Positions 19,956-28,577 of a stretch of 50,631 nt of DNA are shown here, in pieces; position 1 is the first letter of the stretch, and each line of letters opens with the position of its first letter. The translations under genes were made by a program, and so were the position numbers. Below the pieces are notes generated by a model that had not been told where the DNA came from, ran no database searches, and worked only from the letters and a program-made list of their open reading frames with translations. The DNA is taken from positions 1 to 50,631 of the forward strand of contig JBMZFK010000001.1 in NCBI GenBank assembly GCA_049615365.1, in the 5' to 3' direction. The DNA comes from Candidatus Puniceispirillaceae bacterium (lineage in GTDB: Bacteria > Pseudomonadota > Alphaproteobacteria > Puniceispirillales > Puniceispirillaceae).

Positions 19956-21378
19956 CGAACCAGGCCTCTATTTTCTGGGTTAATGTTATCGCTATTTCTG
20001 TTTTGCTGGCGCGGGGCCAGTCATGCGCGCCGGTATCATCTAGCATGGTAACATGATTGCTGTCCTGACCAAATACCGCAGCCTTGCCGGTGCCGCCAAC
20101 CCAGTTAGTAACAATCCAGTCACATTTTTTGCGCGCGCGTTTTGCCGCGGCATGCCGGGCGATATTTTCGGTCTCTGCAGCAAAACCGATAACCAGGTGA
20201 GGGCGGTTTTCATGCTGGCTAAGGCTGGCCAGAATATCCGGATTTTCTGCCAGTTGCAGATGCGGTATCCCCTCATCAGTTTTTTTAATCTTTTGAGGCC
20301 CGCTATTTACCACATGCCAGTCGGCGACCGCCGCGGCACAGATGGCACAATCTGCAGGCAGGCTGGCCATACAGGCGTCATACATCTCGCCAGCGGTTGT
20401 GACCTTTATAACCTCCACCCCTGCTGGATCCTCCAGCTGAACAGGGCCGCTGATCAGGGTAACGCGCGCCCCTTTATCTGCACAGGCTTTGGCAATCGCA
20501 TGCCCCTGCTTGCCAGAGGAATGATTAGCGATATAGCGCACTGGATCAATCGGCTCAAAAGTAGGGCCAGAAGTAACCAGAATATGCCGCCCGGCCAGAG
20601 GCTGCGAAGGGCCAGACAGGGGCGGGGCAAGACGCGCCTCAAGAGCAGAAATAATGACCGCTGATTCAGCCAGTCTGCCCGTTCCTACCTCTCCGCAGGC
20701 CGTATCGCCATCTTCCGGGGCTATCAGGGTGACGCCGCGATTTTTCAGCATTTCTACATTGGCCCGCGTGGCGGGATGTGCCCACATATTCGGGTTCATG
20801 GCCGGGGCTATCATTACCGGGCAATCGGTTGCCAGACAAAGTGTGCTGGCCAAATCATCCGCCAGACCATGCGCCATTTTCGCCAGGAAATTTGCTGTTG
20901 CCGGGGCCACCAGCACAATATCGGCATCACGGGCCAGCCGGATATGCCCCATCTCGGCTTCATCTGTCAGCGAAAATAACTCGCTATAGGTTTTTTCACC
21001 GGTTAGGGCAGACAAGCTAAGCGGGGTGATGAATTCCATGGCTGAGCGGGTCATGACGCCGCGCACCTGATAGCCTTTATCCATCAGGCGGCGTGCAAGG
21101 TCCAAAGCTTTATAGGCCGCAATGCCGCCTGTTATCAGCAGCAACACACGTTGTTGTTGGGCCGGGTTCAGCGGGGTCAGCTGCAGGCCTTGCAGATCCA
21201 GATGCCATCCTTGCTGTGCCAGCGCGTCTTCCAGCTTGGCTCGCTTTGCTGCCGGAATTTGGGCACGCATGCGATAATTAGACAGCGCACTCGCGCCCAC
21301 AGATAACAGTTTTTGCACCGCCTCACTGCCACCAAGCTGTTCAATCGCAGCATCCAAAATGGTTTTAAAATCACTCAT
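19939..21378 (-). CDS. coaBC: bifunctional PPC decarboxylase/PPC synthetase CoaBC with extra N-terminal HTH-like domain
   Basis: ITGGIAAYK, APATAN, PAMN..MW, ACGEVG.GR, TSGPT.EPIDPVRYI.N.SSGKQG, AAVAD, GFAAET; about 75 extra residues precede the normal start region. ATG 21378 is preferred over GTG 21396. Confidence 0.95.
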   Translation of the reverse strand: MSDFKTILDAAIEQLGGSEAVQKLLSVGASALSNYRMRAQIPAAKRAKLEDALAQQGWHLDLQGLQLTPLNPAQQQRVLLLITGGIAAYKALDLARRLMDKGYQVRGVMTRSAMEFITPLSLSALTGEKTYSELFSLTDEAEMGHIRLARDADIVLVAPATANFLAKMAHGLADDLASTLCLATDCPVMIAPAMNPNMWAHPATRANVEMLKNRGVTLIAPEDGDTACGEVGTGRLAESAVIISALEARLAPPLSGPSQPLAGRHILVTSGPTFEPIDPVRYIANHSSGKQGHAIAKACADKGARVTLISGPVQLEDPAGVEVIKVTTAGEMYDACMASLPADCAICAAAVADWHVVNSGPQKIKKTDEGIPHLQLAENPDILASLSQHENRPHLVIGFAAETENIARHAAAKRARKKCDWIVTNWVGGTGKAAVFGQDSNHVTMLDDTGAHDWPRASKTEIAITLTQKIEAWFDDHQS

Positions 21379-21391
21379 TAGCCTCTCTGTT

Positions 21392-21444
21392 TTCACAAAT
21401 TTGTGAAGAATTCACATTTTAGTGAATATACAGGGTGCTGTAAA
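21392..21444 (-). promoter_or_regulatory. coaBC promoter overlapped by two tandem TTCAC-N6-GTGAA palindromes
   Basis: On the minus strand TTTACA (21444-21439)-N17-TAAAAT (21421-21416); palindromes at 21392-21407 (perfect 16-mer) and 21411-21426. Confidence 0.7.
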
Positions 21445-22912
21445 GGGCGATCAGAACAGAGATAGCGGTGACAACATAGGGCCATTTTGGGGTGGGGGGC
21501 GGTGATACAGGCCTGTCCAGCTTTTCCAGAATTTGTGGCAATTTCAGATAGAGCTGGCGTAAATCGGAAAATATCCTGTCTATCTGGGCGCGGATATTAT
21601 CTTCTGAACTGATCCAGTCGCTGGCCAGCGGGCGCGCAAACGACCACATATCTGCTTTTGGATTCAGGCTTCTGGCTACCCCTTCGGCCATCATCATGGT
21701 TTTTTGCAGTAAATTAAATTGCGGCTGCACAGAAATATCAAATCGAGCCGAGATTTGCAGAATCTGGCCAAGAACCAGACCCAGCGATATCTCGCCAAGC
21801 GATTTGCCTAATACCGGATCGGCCACGCTTCGCAGGCTTTGGGAAAACGCCGCCAGAGAGACGGTGTCATCCAGCATGCCAGCATCATAATGCAGGCGCG
21901 CCACCTTGTCATAATCACGGTTTAAAATAGCATCAAGCAAGCGTGCGAGGAACAGCCGGTCGGCAAAATCCAGCTGGCCCATTATGCCAAAATCAATCGG
22001 CACTAACAGCCCGTCACTGGTGACAAAAATATTGCCAGGATGCATATCAGCGTGGAAATAGCCATCGCGGAAAACCTGATTAAAAAAGCTGGTGGCCGCC
22101 GCTTCGGTAATCTTGGCAATATCGTGTCCAGCCGCCTGTAGCCCGTCTACATCATCAATGCGAACGCCATCAATCCATTCGATGACCAGCATGTGGCTGT
22201 TGGTGCGTTCCAGATCAATAAAAGGGACACGGATGCCCTTATCGCCAGCCATATTTTCACGCAGCCGGCTTCCTGCGGCCGCTTCCATTCGCAAATCAAG
22301 TTCAATATCCGATATATGCTCAAATTGCTGAACCGCGGTTACCAGTTTTAGGCGGCGCAAGCCCGGCGCAAGCGCCTCTGCCAGCCGCGCCAGCGCACGG
22401 AAAAACCGCACATCCCGTCGCAAGCGCTTGGCGATGCCAGGACGCAATATTTTTACCGCTACCAAACGTCCATCTGGCAGGGTTGCTTTGTGAACCTGGG
22501 CAATAGAGGCAGCGGCAATAGCGGTTTCTTCGAAATGCAAAAAAAGCTCGGAAAGGGGTTTTTGTGTGGTGTCCTCAATAATCTGGATAGCCCTTTTACC
22601 AGAAAAAGGTGGCATCCTGTCTTGCAGCTGCACCAGCCCGCTTGCCAATTCAGGACCAATCAAATCTGCTCTGGTCGCCAGCGCCTGTCCAAATTTAACA
22701 AATCCTGGTCCCAAAGCCTGTAGCGCATCGCACAAAGCTTGCCCTGCATCTTTTCTGGATTTACGCCCGGCTATGATAAAATTCAGGATCAGTAACAGGC
22801 GGCAAAACCAGTCTGGCAACAGATCGATTTTTGCCAGATGCCCAAGCACCCCGGCCCGGCCAAGAATAAAGCCGGTTCGCGGCAACCGCCACAATGTCAG
22901 CAGACTATCCAT
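21419..22912 (-). CDS. ubiB: ubiquinone biosynthesis kinase-like protein UbiB
   Basis: LGPGFVKFGQ, AAASIAQVH, VAVKILRP, FHADMHPGN, IDFGIMG; coupled to ubiE. Confidence 0.95.
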   Translation of the reverse strand: MDSLLTLWRLPRTGFILGRAGVLGHLAKIDLLPDWFCRLLLILNFIIAGRKSRKDAGQALCDALQALGPGFVKFGQALATRADLIGPELASGLVQLQDRMPPFSGKRAIQIIEDTTQKPLSELFLHFEETAIAAASIAQVHKATLPDGRLVAVKILRPGIAKRLRRDVRFFRALARLAEALAPGLRRLKLVTAVQQFEHISDIELDLRMEAAAGSRLRENMAGDKGIRVPFIDLERTNSHMLVIEWIDGVRIDDVDGLQAAGHDIAKITEAAATSFFNQVFRDGYFHADMHPGNIFVTSDGLLVPIDFGIMGQLDFADRLFLARLLDAILNRDYDKVARLHYDAGMLDDTVSLAAFSQSLRSVADPVLGKSLGEISLGLVLGQILQISARFDISVQPQFNLLQKTMMMAEGVARSLNPKADMWSFARPLASDWISSEDNIRAQIDRIFSDLRQLYLKLPQILEKLDRPVSPPPTPKWPYVVTAISVLIALYSTLYIH

Positions 22913-23667
22913 TAATCCAGTTTCCAGCCGGAATGAATAGCGGCAATCCCGCCAGATAAGCTGCGGATCCGCACTTGTCCGAAACCCGCGTCACCAAACA
23001 TCGCCGCCAGCGCTTCGGGGCGCGGAAACATGCGGATAGATTCTGCCAGATAACGATAGGCCGCTTCGTCACGGGCGATATAGCGCCCTAATTTTGGCAA
23101 GGCCTGGAAAGACCAAAAATCATAGAGCTTTGCAATGGCCGGATTATCAACATGCGAGAATTCCAGACAACAAAACCGCCCGCCCGGCTTTAAAATACGA
23201 TAGGCTTCGCTCAGTGCAGCTTGTCGGTTGGTTACATTACGCAATCCGAAAGCAATCGTTACCCTGTCAGTGCTGTTATCTTCTATCGGCAGGCACTCGG
23301 CACTGGCAGTTGTCCAGACAAGCTTGTCAGAGAGTGCGCGCATCTCGCGCCGTTTTTTGCCAGCGGCCAGCATTTCTGCATTAATATCGACAATATGGGC
23401 AGAACCGCCGCCGCGCCGCAGAAATCGCAGCGCAATATCGCCAGTACCGCCTGCCAAATCAACCAGACTTTGGGCAGGGCGCGGGGCCATCCAATCCATT
23501 AGCGCATCTTTCCACAGCCTGTGGATGCCGGCACTCATCACATCATTCATCAGATCATAAGAGGGGGCTACAGACGAGAACACCTCGCCGACTCGCGCTT
23601 GTTTTTGTGCCCGCGGCACTTTTGAAAAGCCAAAATCAATGACATCCTGTTCGGGCTGTGTCGTCAC
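22912..23667 (-). CDS. ubiE: ubiquinone/menaquinone C-methyltransferase
   Basis: VFSSVA.SYDLMNDVMS.GIHRLWK, DLAGGTGDIA, IAFGLRNV, YLAESI. Confidence 0.96.
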   Translation of the reverse strand: MTTQPEQDVIDFGFSKVPRAQKQARVGEVFSSVAPSYDLMNDVMSAGIHRLWKDALMDWMAPRPAQSLVDLAGGTGDIALRFLRRGGGSAHIVDINAEMLAAGKKRREMRALSDKLVWTTASAECLPIEDNSTDRVTIAFGLRNVTNRQAALSEAYRILKPGGRFCCLEFSHVDNPAIAKLYDFWSFQALPKLGRYIARDEAAYRYLAESIRMFPRPEALAAMFGDAGFGQVRIRSLSGGIAAIHSGWKLD

Positions 23668-23847
23668 CTTATATCCTCACAAACTTGCTATGTGCTTTTC
23701 GTACCTGCCCTATTTGGAACATGATAGGTAAAGGGTTCAGTTATTTTACGTTCAAATCAGCAAAATAGCCTGCATTAACTTTATTGGAAAAAACGGCGAA
23801 TCCCTGATACATCATGACTATAAAGAAGTTGCAAGGGAAATAGAAGA

Positions 23848-24675
23848 GTGCCTGAGTTACCAGAAGTTGAAACCGTTCGCACGGCTCTGGAGCCGGTAGT
23901 AAATGGCCAGCCTATTCGGTCTGTCAGGTTAACCCGATCCGATTTACGCTGGCCATTGCCACACGGGCTGGCACAGACCCTTACCGGTCAGACTTGCGGA
24001 ATGCCATGGCGGCGTGGAAAATATATTTTGCTGCCACTTTTACCTGCGGATAAAACCTTGCTTATCCATCTTGGCATGTCCGGGGCGATAAGGCTGTATG
24101 ATCAGCAGCCAGAGAAATTTGGCACGCATGATCATTTTTCTGTAGAGCTGGCAGATGGCCGCTGGTTTGTTTTTTCTGACCCGCGCCGTTTTGGTCATCT
24201 GGATTTGCTGGATAGCGGTGATGAAGCTGCCCATCCATTGCTGGCCTCCATGGGGGTTGAGCCGCTTTCCAACCATTTTTCAGCCAGCTATCTGGATCAG
24301 GTGCTGGCCGGCCGAAAACAGCCTATCAAAACCGCCCTGCTGGATCAGCGGCTTATTGCGGGTCTCGGCAATATCTATGTGAGTGAAGCGCTATTCGAGG
24401 CGCGGATTTCCCCTCGCCGACAGGCCCAGAATGTGGTTGGCAAGCGGGCAATGCGCCTTGCGCCAGCGATTCGCGAGGTATTAACAAAAGCGATCGCCGC
24501 TGGTGGTACCAGCCTGCGTGATCATGTTCAGCCTGGCGGTGAAATTGGCTATTTTGTGCAAAGCTTGCAGGTTTATGGGCGTGAGAAACAGGCATGCGCT
24601 ATCTGCAAGGCACCTATCCGAATGATACGGCAGGGGGCGCGTTCCGGGTTTTACTGCCCGAACTGCCAACGCTAG
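23848..24675 (+). CDS. mutM: formamidopyrimidine-DNA glycosylase
   Basis: PELPEVET N-terminus, HLGMSG, DPRRFG, GLGNIY, C-terminal C4 zinc finger. Confidence 0.97.
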   Translation: MPELPEVETVRTALEPVVNGQPIRSVRLTRSDLRWPLPHGLAQTLTGQTCGMPWRRGKYILLPLLPADKTLLIHLGMSGAIRLYDQQPEKFGTHDHFSVELADGRWFVFSDPRRFGHLDLLDSGDEAAHPLLASMGVEPLSNHFSASYLDQVLAGRKQPIKTALLDQRLIAGLGNIYVSEALFEARISPRRQAQNVVGKRAMRLAPAIREVLTKAIAAGGTSLRDHVQPGGEIGYFVQSLQVYGREKQACAICKAPIRMIRQGARSGFYCPNCQR

Positions 24676-24808
24676 CGATAGTGACAAGCTCTGGCAGGAG
24701 AAGTGCTGCAAAGCTGATTCGCCAATTAAGCGGACAGGCCAGGGATTTTCAGTCAGGGGATATAGCAGCGAAAACGATGCCTAGGCTTTGGCTATCTGTA
24801 TAAAATAC

Positions 24809-24838
24809 TTGACCTATGTAATGGTTTGCGCGTATCGT
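24809..24838 (+). promoter_or_regulatory. putative sigma70 promoter of rpsT
   Basis: TTGACC-N18-TATCGT upstream of the AAGGA RBS. Confidence 0.5.
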
Positions 24839-24876
24839 GCGCCCATATTTGTATTGATTATTTAAGGAACAGCTTT

Positions 24877-25143
24877 ATGGCTAATCATAAATCTGCAAAA
24901 AAGCGTATTATTCGTAACGCGAATCGCGCCGAGATTAATAAGAGCAGGATCAGCCGGATCAGAACGTTCATCAAGAAAGTTGAGAGCGCAATTACTTCTG
25001 GCGACCAAGCGGCGGCACAAACAGCGCTGAAAGAAGCACAGCCTGAAATCATGCGCGGCGTAACCAAAGGTGTTTTGCATAAAAACACAGCCTCACGCAA
25101 AGTAAGCCGTCTGGCTGCGCGTGTAAAAGCAGTTGGCGCCTAA
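24877..25143 (+). CDS. rpsT: 30S ribosomal protein S20
   Basis: [40 protein letters not shown]. Confidence 0.98.
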   Translation: MANHKSAKKRIIRNANRAEINKSRISRIRTFIKKVESAITSGDQAAAQTALKEAQPEIMRGVTKGVLHKNTASRKVSRLAARVKAVGA

Positions 25144-25176
25144 CACGCCTCGCAACATATCTACCATCTTTCGATG

Positions 25177-25208
25177 AAGGGCACGGGCATTTAGTCGGGC
25201 CCTTTTTT
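25177..25208 (+). terminator. probable intrinsic terminator of rpsT
   Basis: AAGGGC...GCCCTT stem followed by a T tract. Confidence 0.6.
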
Positions 25209-25262
25209 GATGCGCGCGTTTCCAGATGTCAAACAAACGCCGCGAATCATATCTATGGATCG

Positions 25263-25315
25263 CTGTCCGGCATTCCCGGCGGGGAATAATATCTGGCATC
25301 AGATAGCCGGAACAG
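25263..25315. other. perfect three-way-junction structured element (candidate ncRNA or ssDNA structure)
   Basis: Closing stem TCCGGC/GCCGGA encloses two perfect 6-bp hairpins; see findings. Confidence 0.45.
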
Positions 25316-25665
25316 GAGGGCGGTTAGCTACCATAGTTATCAGCCTACTTTGATTCGCCTTTCTTAACCTGTTCTCTTTCTTGTAGAAAATTTATTTAAC
25401 CTGCCTCTGGGCAGTTTTGGTGCGGCAAACTGTCAAGGAAAAAAACTGCCAAAAAACCATATTTATTTTCACCAAATCGGTTTTTGGTGACTTGAAACAA
25501 CCAGCAAATTTGCGCTACCTTCACGGCTAGGGCTCGTGAAGTTTCACATGCATTTTTAATCACGGAAAAGTGTGTTTCAAATTCTTACGCTAGCTTACGA
25601 AAAAATAAAAACAACAATGCCGTCCGGGCGATTTGGGCCCAGGCGCGAGAGAAGTGTACAGTTTC

Positions 25666-27237
25666 ATGGCGCCAGCTGACAAAGATGTAACAGAGCCTGC
25701 CCGCGAGAATCGCTCGCGCAATCGGCAGGATATAGCGCCGCACTCTTCTTTGCGCGGCAGTGCGCCCCTGCCAGCAGATGCCGCCCATCTGGCAGAGCAG
25801 AATTTATTATGGCAGCGGGTATCGCACCGGCTGAAAGCAGAGCTGGGTGAGGCGAAATGGCGCGCCTGGATTAAGCCGCTTCTGGTGCAGGAATTCACAG
25901 AAGATCATTTGATTCTGCGCGCTTCTACAGCCTTTTTACGAGATCGGGTTCTGTCTAATTATCTGGATAAGATCCGCTTGCTGGCCGCTTCTGAAACCGG
26001 GGCTGGCCCTGCGGTAAATATTCTTTTGGCCAGCGATCTGGAGGCACGTTCTTTTGCCACTCATTTTGGCCAGCCAGCCGGTGTCGGGGCTACCGATACC
26101 ACTGGCAATGGCGCGGATGCGATAACAGAATCTGTCGGACCAGCTGCTTACCCGCCACGGTTTTCACAAACACATAATGGGCTGGCACAAAATCAGCAGG
26201 CCGCCAGCTCACCCTCTATCGAGGGGCTCGATACCCGCTTCACCTTTGAAAATTTTGTTGTTGGCGCTCCGAATCAGCTGGCATTTGCCATTGCCAGGCG
26301 CGTTGCGGAAAGCCCTGAAGCTACGTACAACCCGTTATTTTTATATGGCGGTGTTGGATTGGGGAAAACCCATCTGATGCACGCGATTGCATGGGAAATT
26401 CATTTTCGCCAGCCACATCGCAAGGTTATGTATCTATCGGCAGAAAAATTTATGTACCGGTTTATCCGGGCGCTCCGCTACCGCGATATGATGTCATTCA
26501 AAGAGCAATTCCGTTCTGTTGATGTGCTGATGATCGATGATGTGCAATTCATCTCGGGCAAAGATTCCACGCAGGAAGAATTTTTCCACACATTTAACGC
26601 TCTGGTTGAAGATGGGCGTCAGGTGGTGCTGTCAGCTGATAAATCCCCTACAGATCTGTCCGGGATGGAAGAGCGGTTGCGCTCGCGTCTGGGCTGGGGA
26701 ATGGTTGCGGATATTCATCCCTCTGATTACGAATTGCGGCTAGGTATCTTGCAGGCTCGGCGCGAGAAATTGGGTGTCGAGGTACCAGACAAGGTTCTGG
26801 ATTTTCTGGCCCGCAAAATCACCTCCAATATCCGCGAAGTTGAAGGCGCCTTTAACCGGATTACCGCCTATGCCACTTTGGTTGGCAGATCGGTAACAGT
26901 AGAGACCACAAAAGAAGTGTTGAGTGATTTGCTGCGCGCCAGCAACCGGAAGATCAGCATTGATGATATTCAAAAACAGGTGGCCGATCATTTCAATATT
27001 CGCGTTGCCGATATGTTTTCTGCCCGGCGGGCGCGCCAGATTGCCAGACCACGTCAAATTGCGATGTTTTTGGCGAAAAATCTAACTTCCTTATCCTATC
27101 CTGAAATTGGCCGACGCTTTGGCAACCGGGATCATACAACCATCATGCATGCGGTGCGTAAAATTGAGGAATTGATGGAAACAGATGCCAGTCTTGCAGA
27201 TGATGTCAGCCTGCTGAAATCGATCCTGGCAGATTAA
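25666..27237 (+). CDS. dnaA: chromosomal replication initiator DnaA
   Basis: FTFENFVVG..N, NPLFLYGGVGLGKTHL, LMIDDVQF, RLRSR, RPRQIAM, RDHTTIMHA; start uncertain (25633 TTG, 25654 GTG, 25666 ATG). Confidence 0.97.
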   Translation: MAPADKDVTEPARENRSRNRQDIAPHSSLRGSAPLPADAAHLAEQNLLWQRVSHRLKAELGEAKWRAWIKPLLVQEFTEDHLILRASTAFLRDRVLSNYLDKIRLLAASETGAGPAVNILLASDLEARSFATHFGQPAGVGATDTTGNGADAITESVGPAAYPPRFSQTHNGLAQNQQAASSPSIEGLDTRFTFENFVVGAPNQLAFAIARRVAESPEATYNPLFLYGGVGLGKTHLMHAIAWEIHFRQPHRKVMYLSAEKFMYRFIRALRYRDMMSFKEQFRSVDVLMIDDVQFISGKDSTQEEFFHTFNALVEDGRQVVLSADKSPTDLSGMEERLRSRLGWGMVADIHPSDYELRLGILQARREKLGVEVPDKVLDFLARKITSNIREVEGAFNRITAYATLVGRSVTVETTKEVLSDLLRASNRKISIDDIQKQVADHFNIRVADMFSARRARQIARPRQIAMFLAKNLTSLSYPEIGRRFGNRDHTTIMHAVRKIEELMETDASLADDVSLLKSILAD

Positions 27238-27313
27238 AACCCCACCCCTTCTGGCAGATATCTGCCCATGCGTCCCTACCTGCTATCAACAGCGCGTTAC
27301 ATCCTGATTATTT

Positions 27314-27360
27314 ACCATATATCTGGTGCGTGTTTTTGTTTGTACTGCTATATTTTGTGT
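27314..27360 (+). promoter_or_regulatory. tandem NrdR-box-like operators upstream of dnaN
   Basis: ACCATATATCTGGTGC (27314-27329) and CTGCTATATTTTGTGT (27345-27360), with a 31-bp period. Confidence 0.6.
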
Positions 27361-27411
27361 GTCAAAATAGATTAGTTTAAAACCACTTCCAAATTAAGGG
27401 AAATAGCACGG

Positions 27412-28515
27412 ATGAAATTTGCCATAGACAGATTGAGTTTACTGCGTCCTCTCGGGCATGTCAGTTCTGTTGTTGAGAGGCGAAATACAATTCCAATTCT
27501 GGCGAATATTGTGATGCGCGCTGATGCAGGTCAGCTATCACTTACCGCTACAGATATGGAGATGGATATTGCAGAACAAATTAGCTGTTCTGTTCAGCAA
27601 GAAGGGGCCTGTACGGTACCGGCGCATTTATTTTATGACATTGTCCGCAAGCTGCCAGATGGCGCCGAGGTAGAGGTCAGTGTGGCAGATGGTAATGCGT
27701 CTATCAAAGCAGGGCGTTCGGCCTTTACCTTGCCAACCTTGCCGGTAGAAGATTTTCCGGCTTTTAATGTGAGCGAGTTGCCGGTTCAGTTCAGCCTGAC
27801 CACAGCAGATATGCGTCATCAAATTGATACAACGCGCTTTGCTATCTCGAATGAGGAAACGCGTTATTATCTGAACGGTATTTTCTTTCATAAAAGCGAT
27901 AGCGGGTCTTTGGCCGCGGTGGCCACAGATGGACACAGGCTGGCACTTGCACAAATGGATATGCCGCAAGGGGCAGATGCGATGCCGGAAATTATTTTGC
28001 CACGCAAGGCGGTTGGCGAGCTTCGCAAATTGCTGGATGATGAAGATGGCGAGGTGTCGGTTAGCCTGTCTGAGACCCGGGCAGAATTCGCGTTTGGACA
28101 GGTTCGTCTTACCTCCAAGCTTATTGATGGCTCTTTTCCAGATTATACCCGGGTTATTCCAAAGGGAAATGACAAGATTTTAGTCGTTGATGCAGGGCTG
28201 TTCTCTGCAGCGGTAGACCGTGTTTCCACCATTTCATCGGAAAAATCGCGTGCCGTAAAGCTCAGCCTGACAACCAATCTCCTGACCTTATCTGCCAGCA
28301 CTCCCGAAGCTTCTTCTGCGGTTGAAGAAATTGAGGTTAATTATACCGGTGATGATTTGGATATTGGCTTTAATGCGCGCTATCTGCTGGAGATTGCCCA
28401 ACAGGTTGAAGGGGATGTGATGCAGCTGGCCTTGTCTGACCCAGGCTCCCCAAGTTTGATTTCTACGCCTGAGGATGATCAGAATCTGTTCGTTCTCATG
28501 CCAATGCGTGTGTGA
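27412..28515 (+). CDS. dnaN: DNA polymerase III beta clamp
   Basis: VERRNTIPILAN, ATDME, ETRYYLNG, VATDGHRLA, LIDGSFPDY.RVIP, VLMPMRV. Confidence 0.98.
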   Translation: MKFAIDRLSLLRPLGHVSSVVERRNTIPILANIVMRADAGQLSLTATDMEMDIAEQISCSVQQEGACTVPAHLFYDIVRKLPDGAEVEVSVADGNASIKAGRSAFTLPTLPVEDFPAFNVSELPVQFSLTTADMRHQIDTTRFAISNEETRYYLNGIFFHKSDSGSLAAVATDGHRLALAQMDMPQGADAMPEIILPRKAVGELRKLLDDEDGEVSVSLSETRAEFAFGQVRLTSKLIDGSFPDYTRVIPKGNDKILVVDAGLFSAAVDRVSTISSEKSRAVKLSLTTNLLTLSASTPEASSAVEEIEVNYTGDDLDIGFNARYLLEIAQQVEGDVMQLALSDPGSPSLISTPEDDQNLFVLMPMRV

Positions 28516-28577
28516 TAGCTGGCCGGTTAAAACGGTCTGTTATCGCTTGTGCAAACCCCTGATGCAGGGACGGGTAA

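Noticed and set aside
23735-23753. LexA box upstream of mutM
   Set aside because: The GTTC repeats are 11 bp apart, not 7.
25144-27411. oriC next to dnaA
   Set aside because: No cluster of TTATCCACA boxes in either flanking spacer (best is CTATCAACA at 27283); alphaproteobacterial origins are often distant from dnaA.
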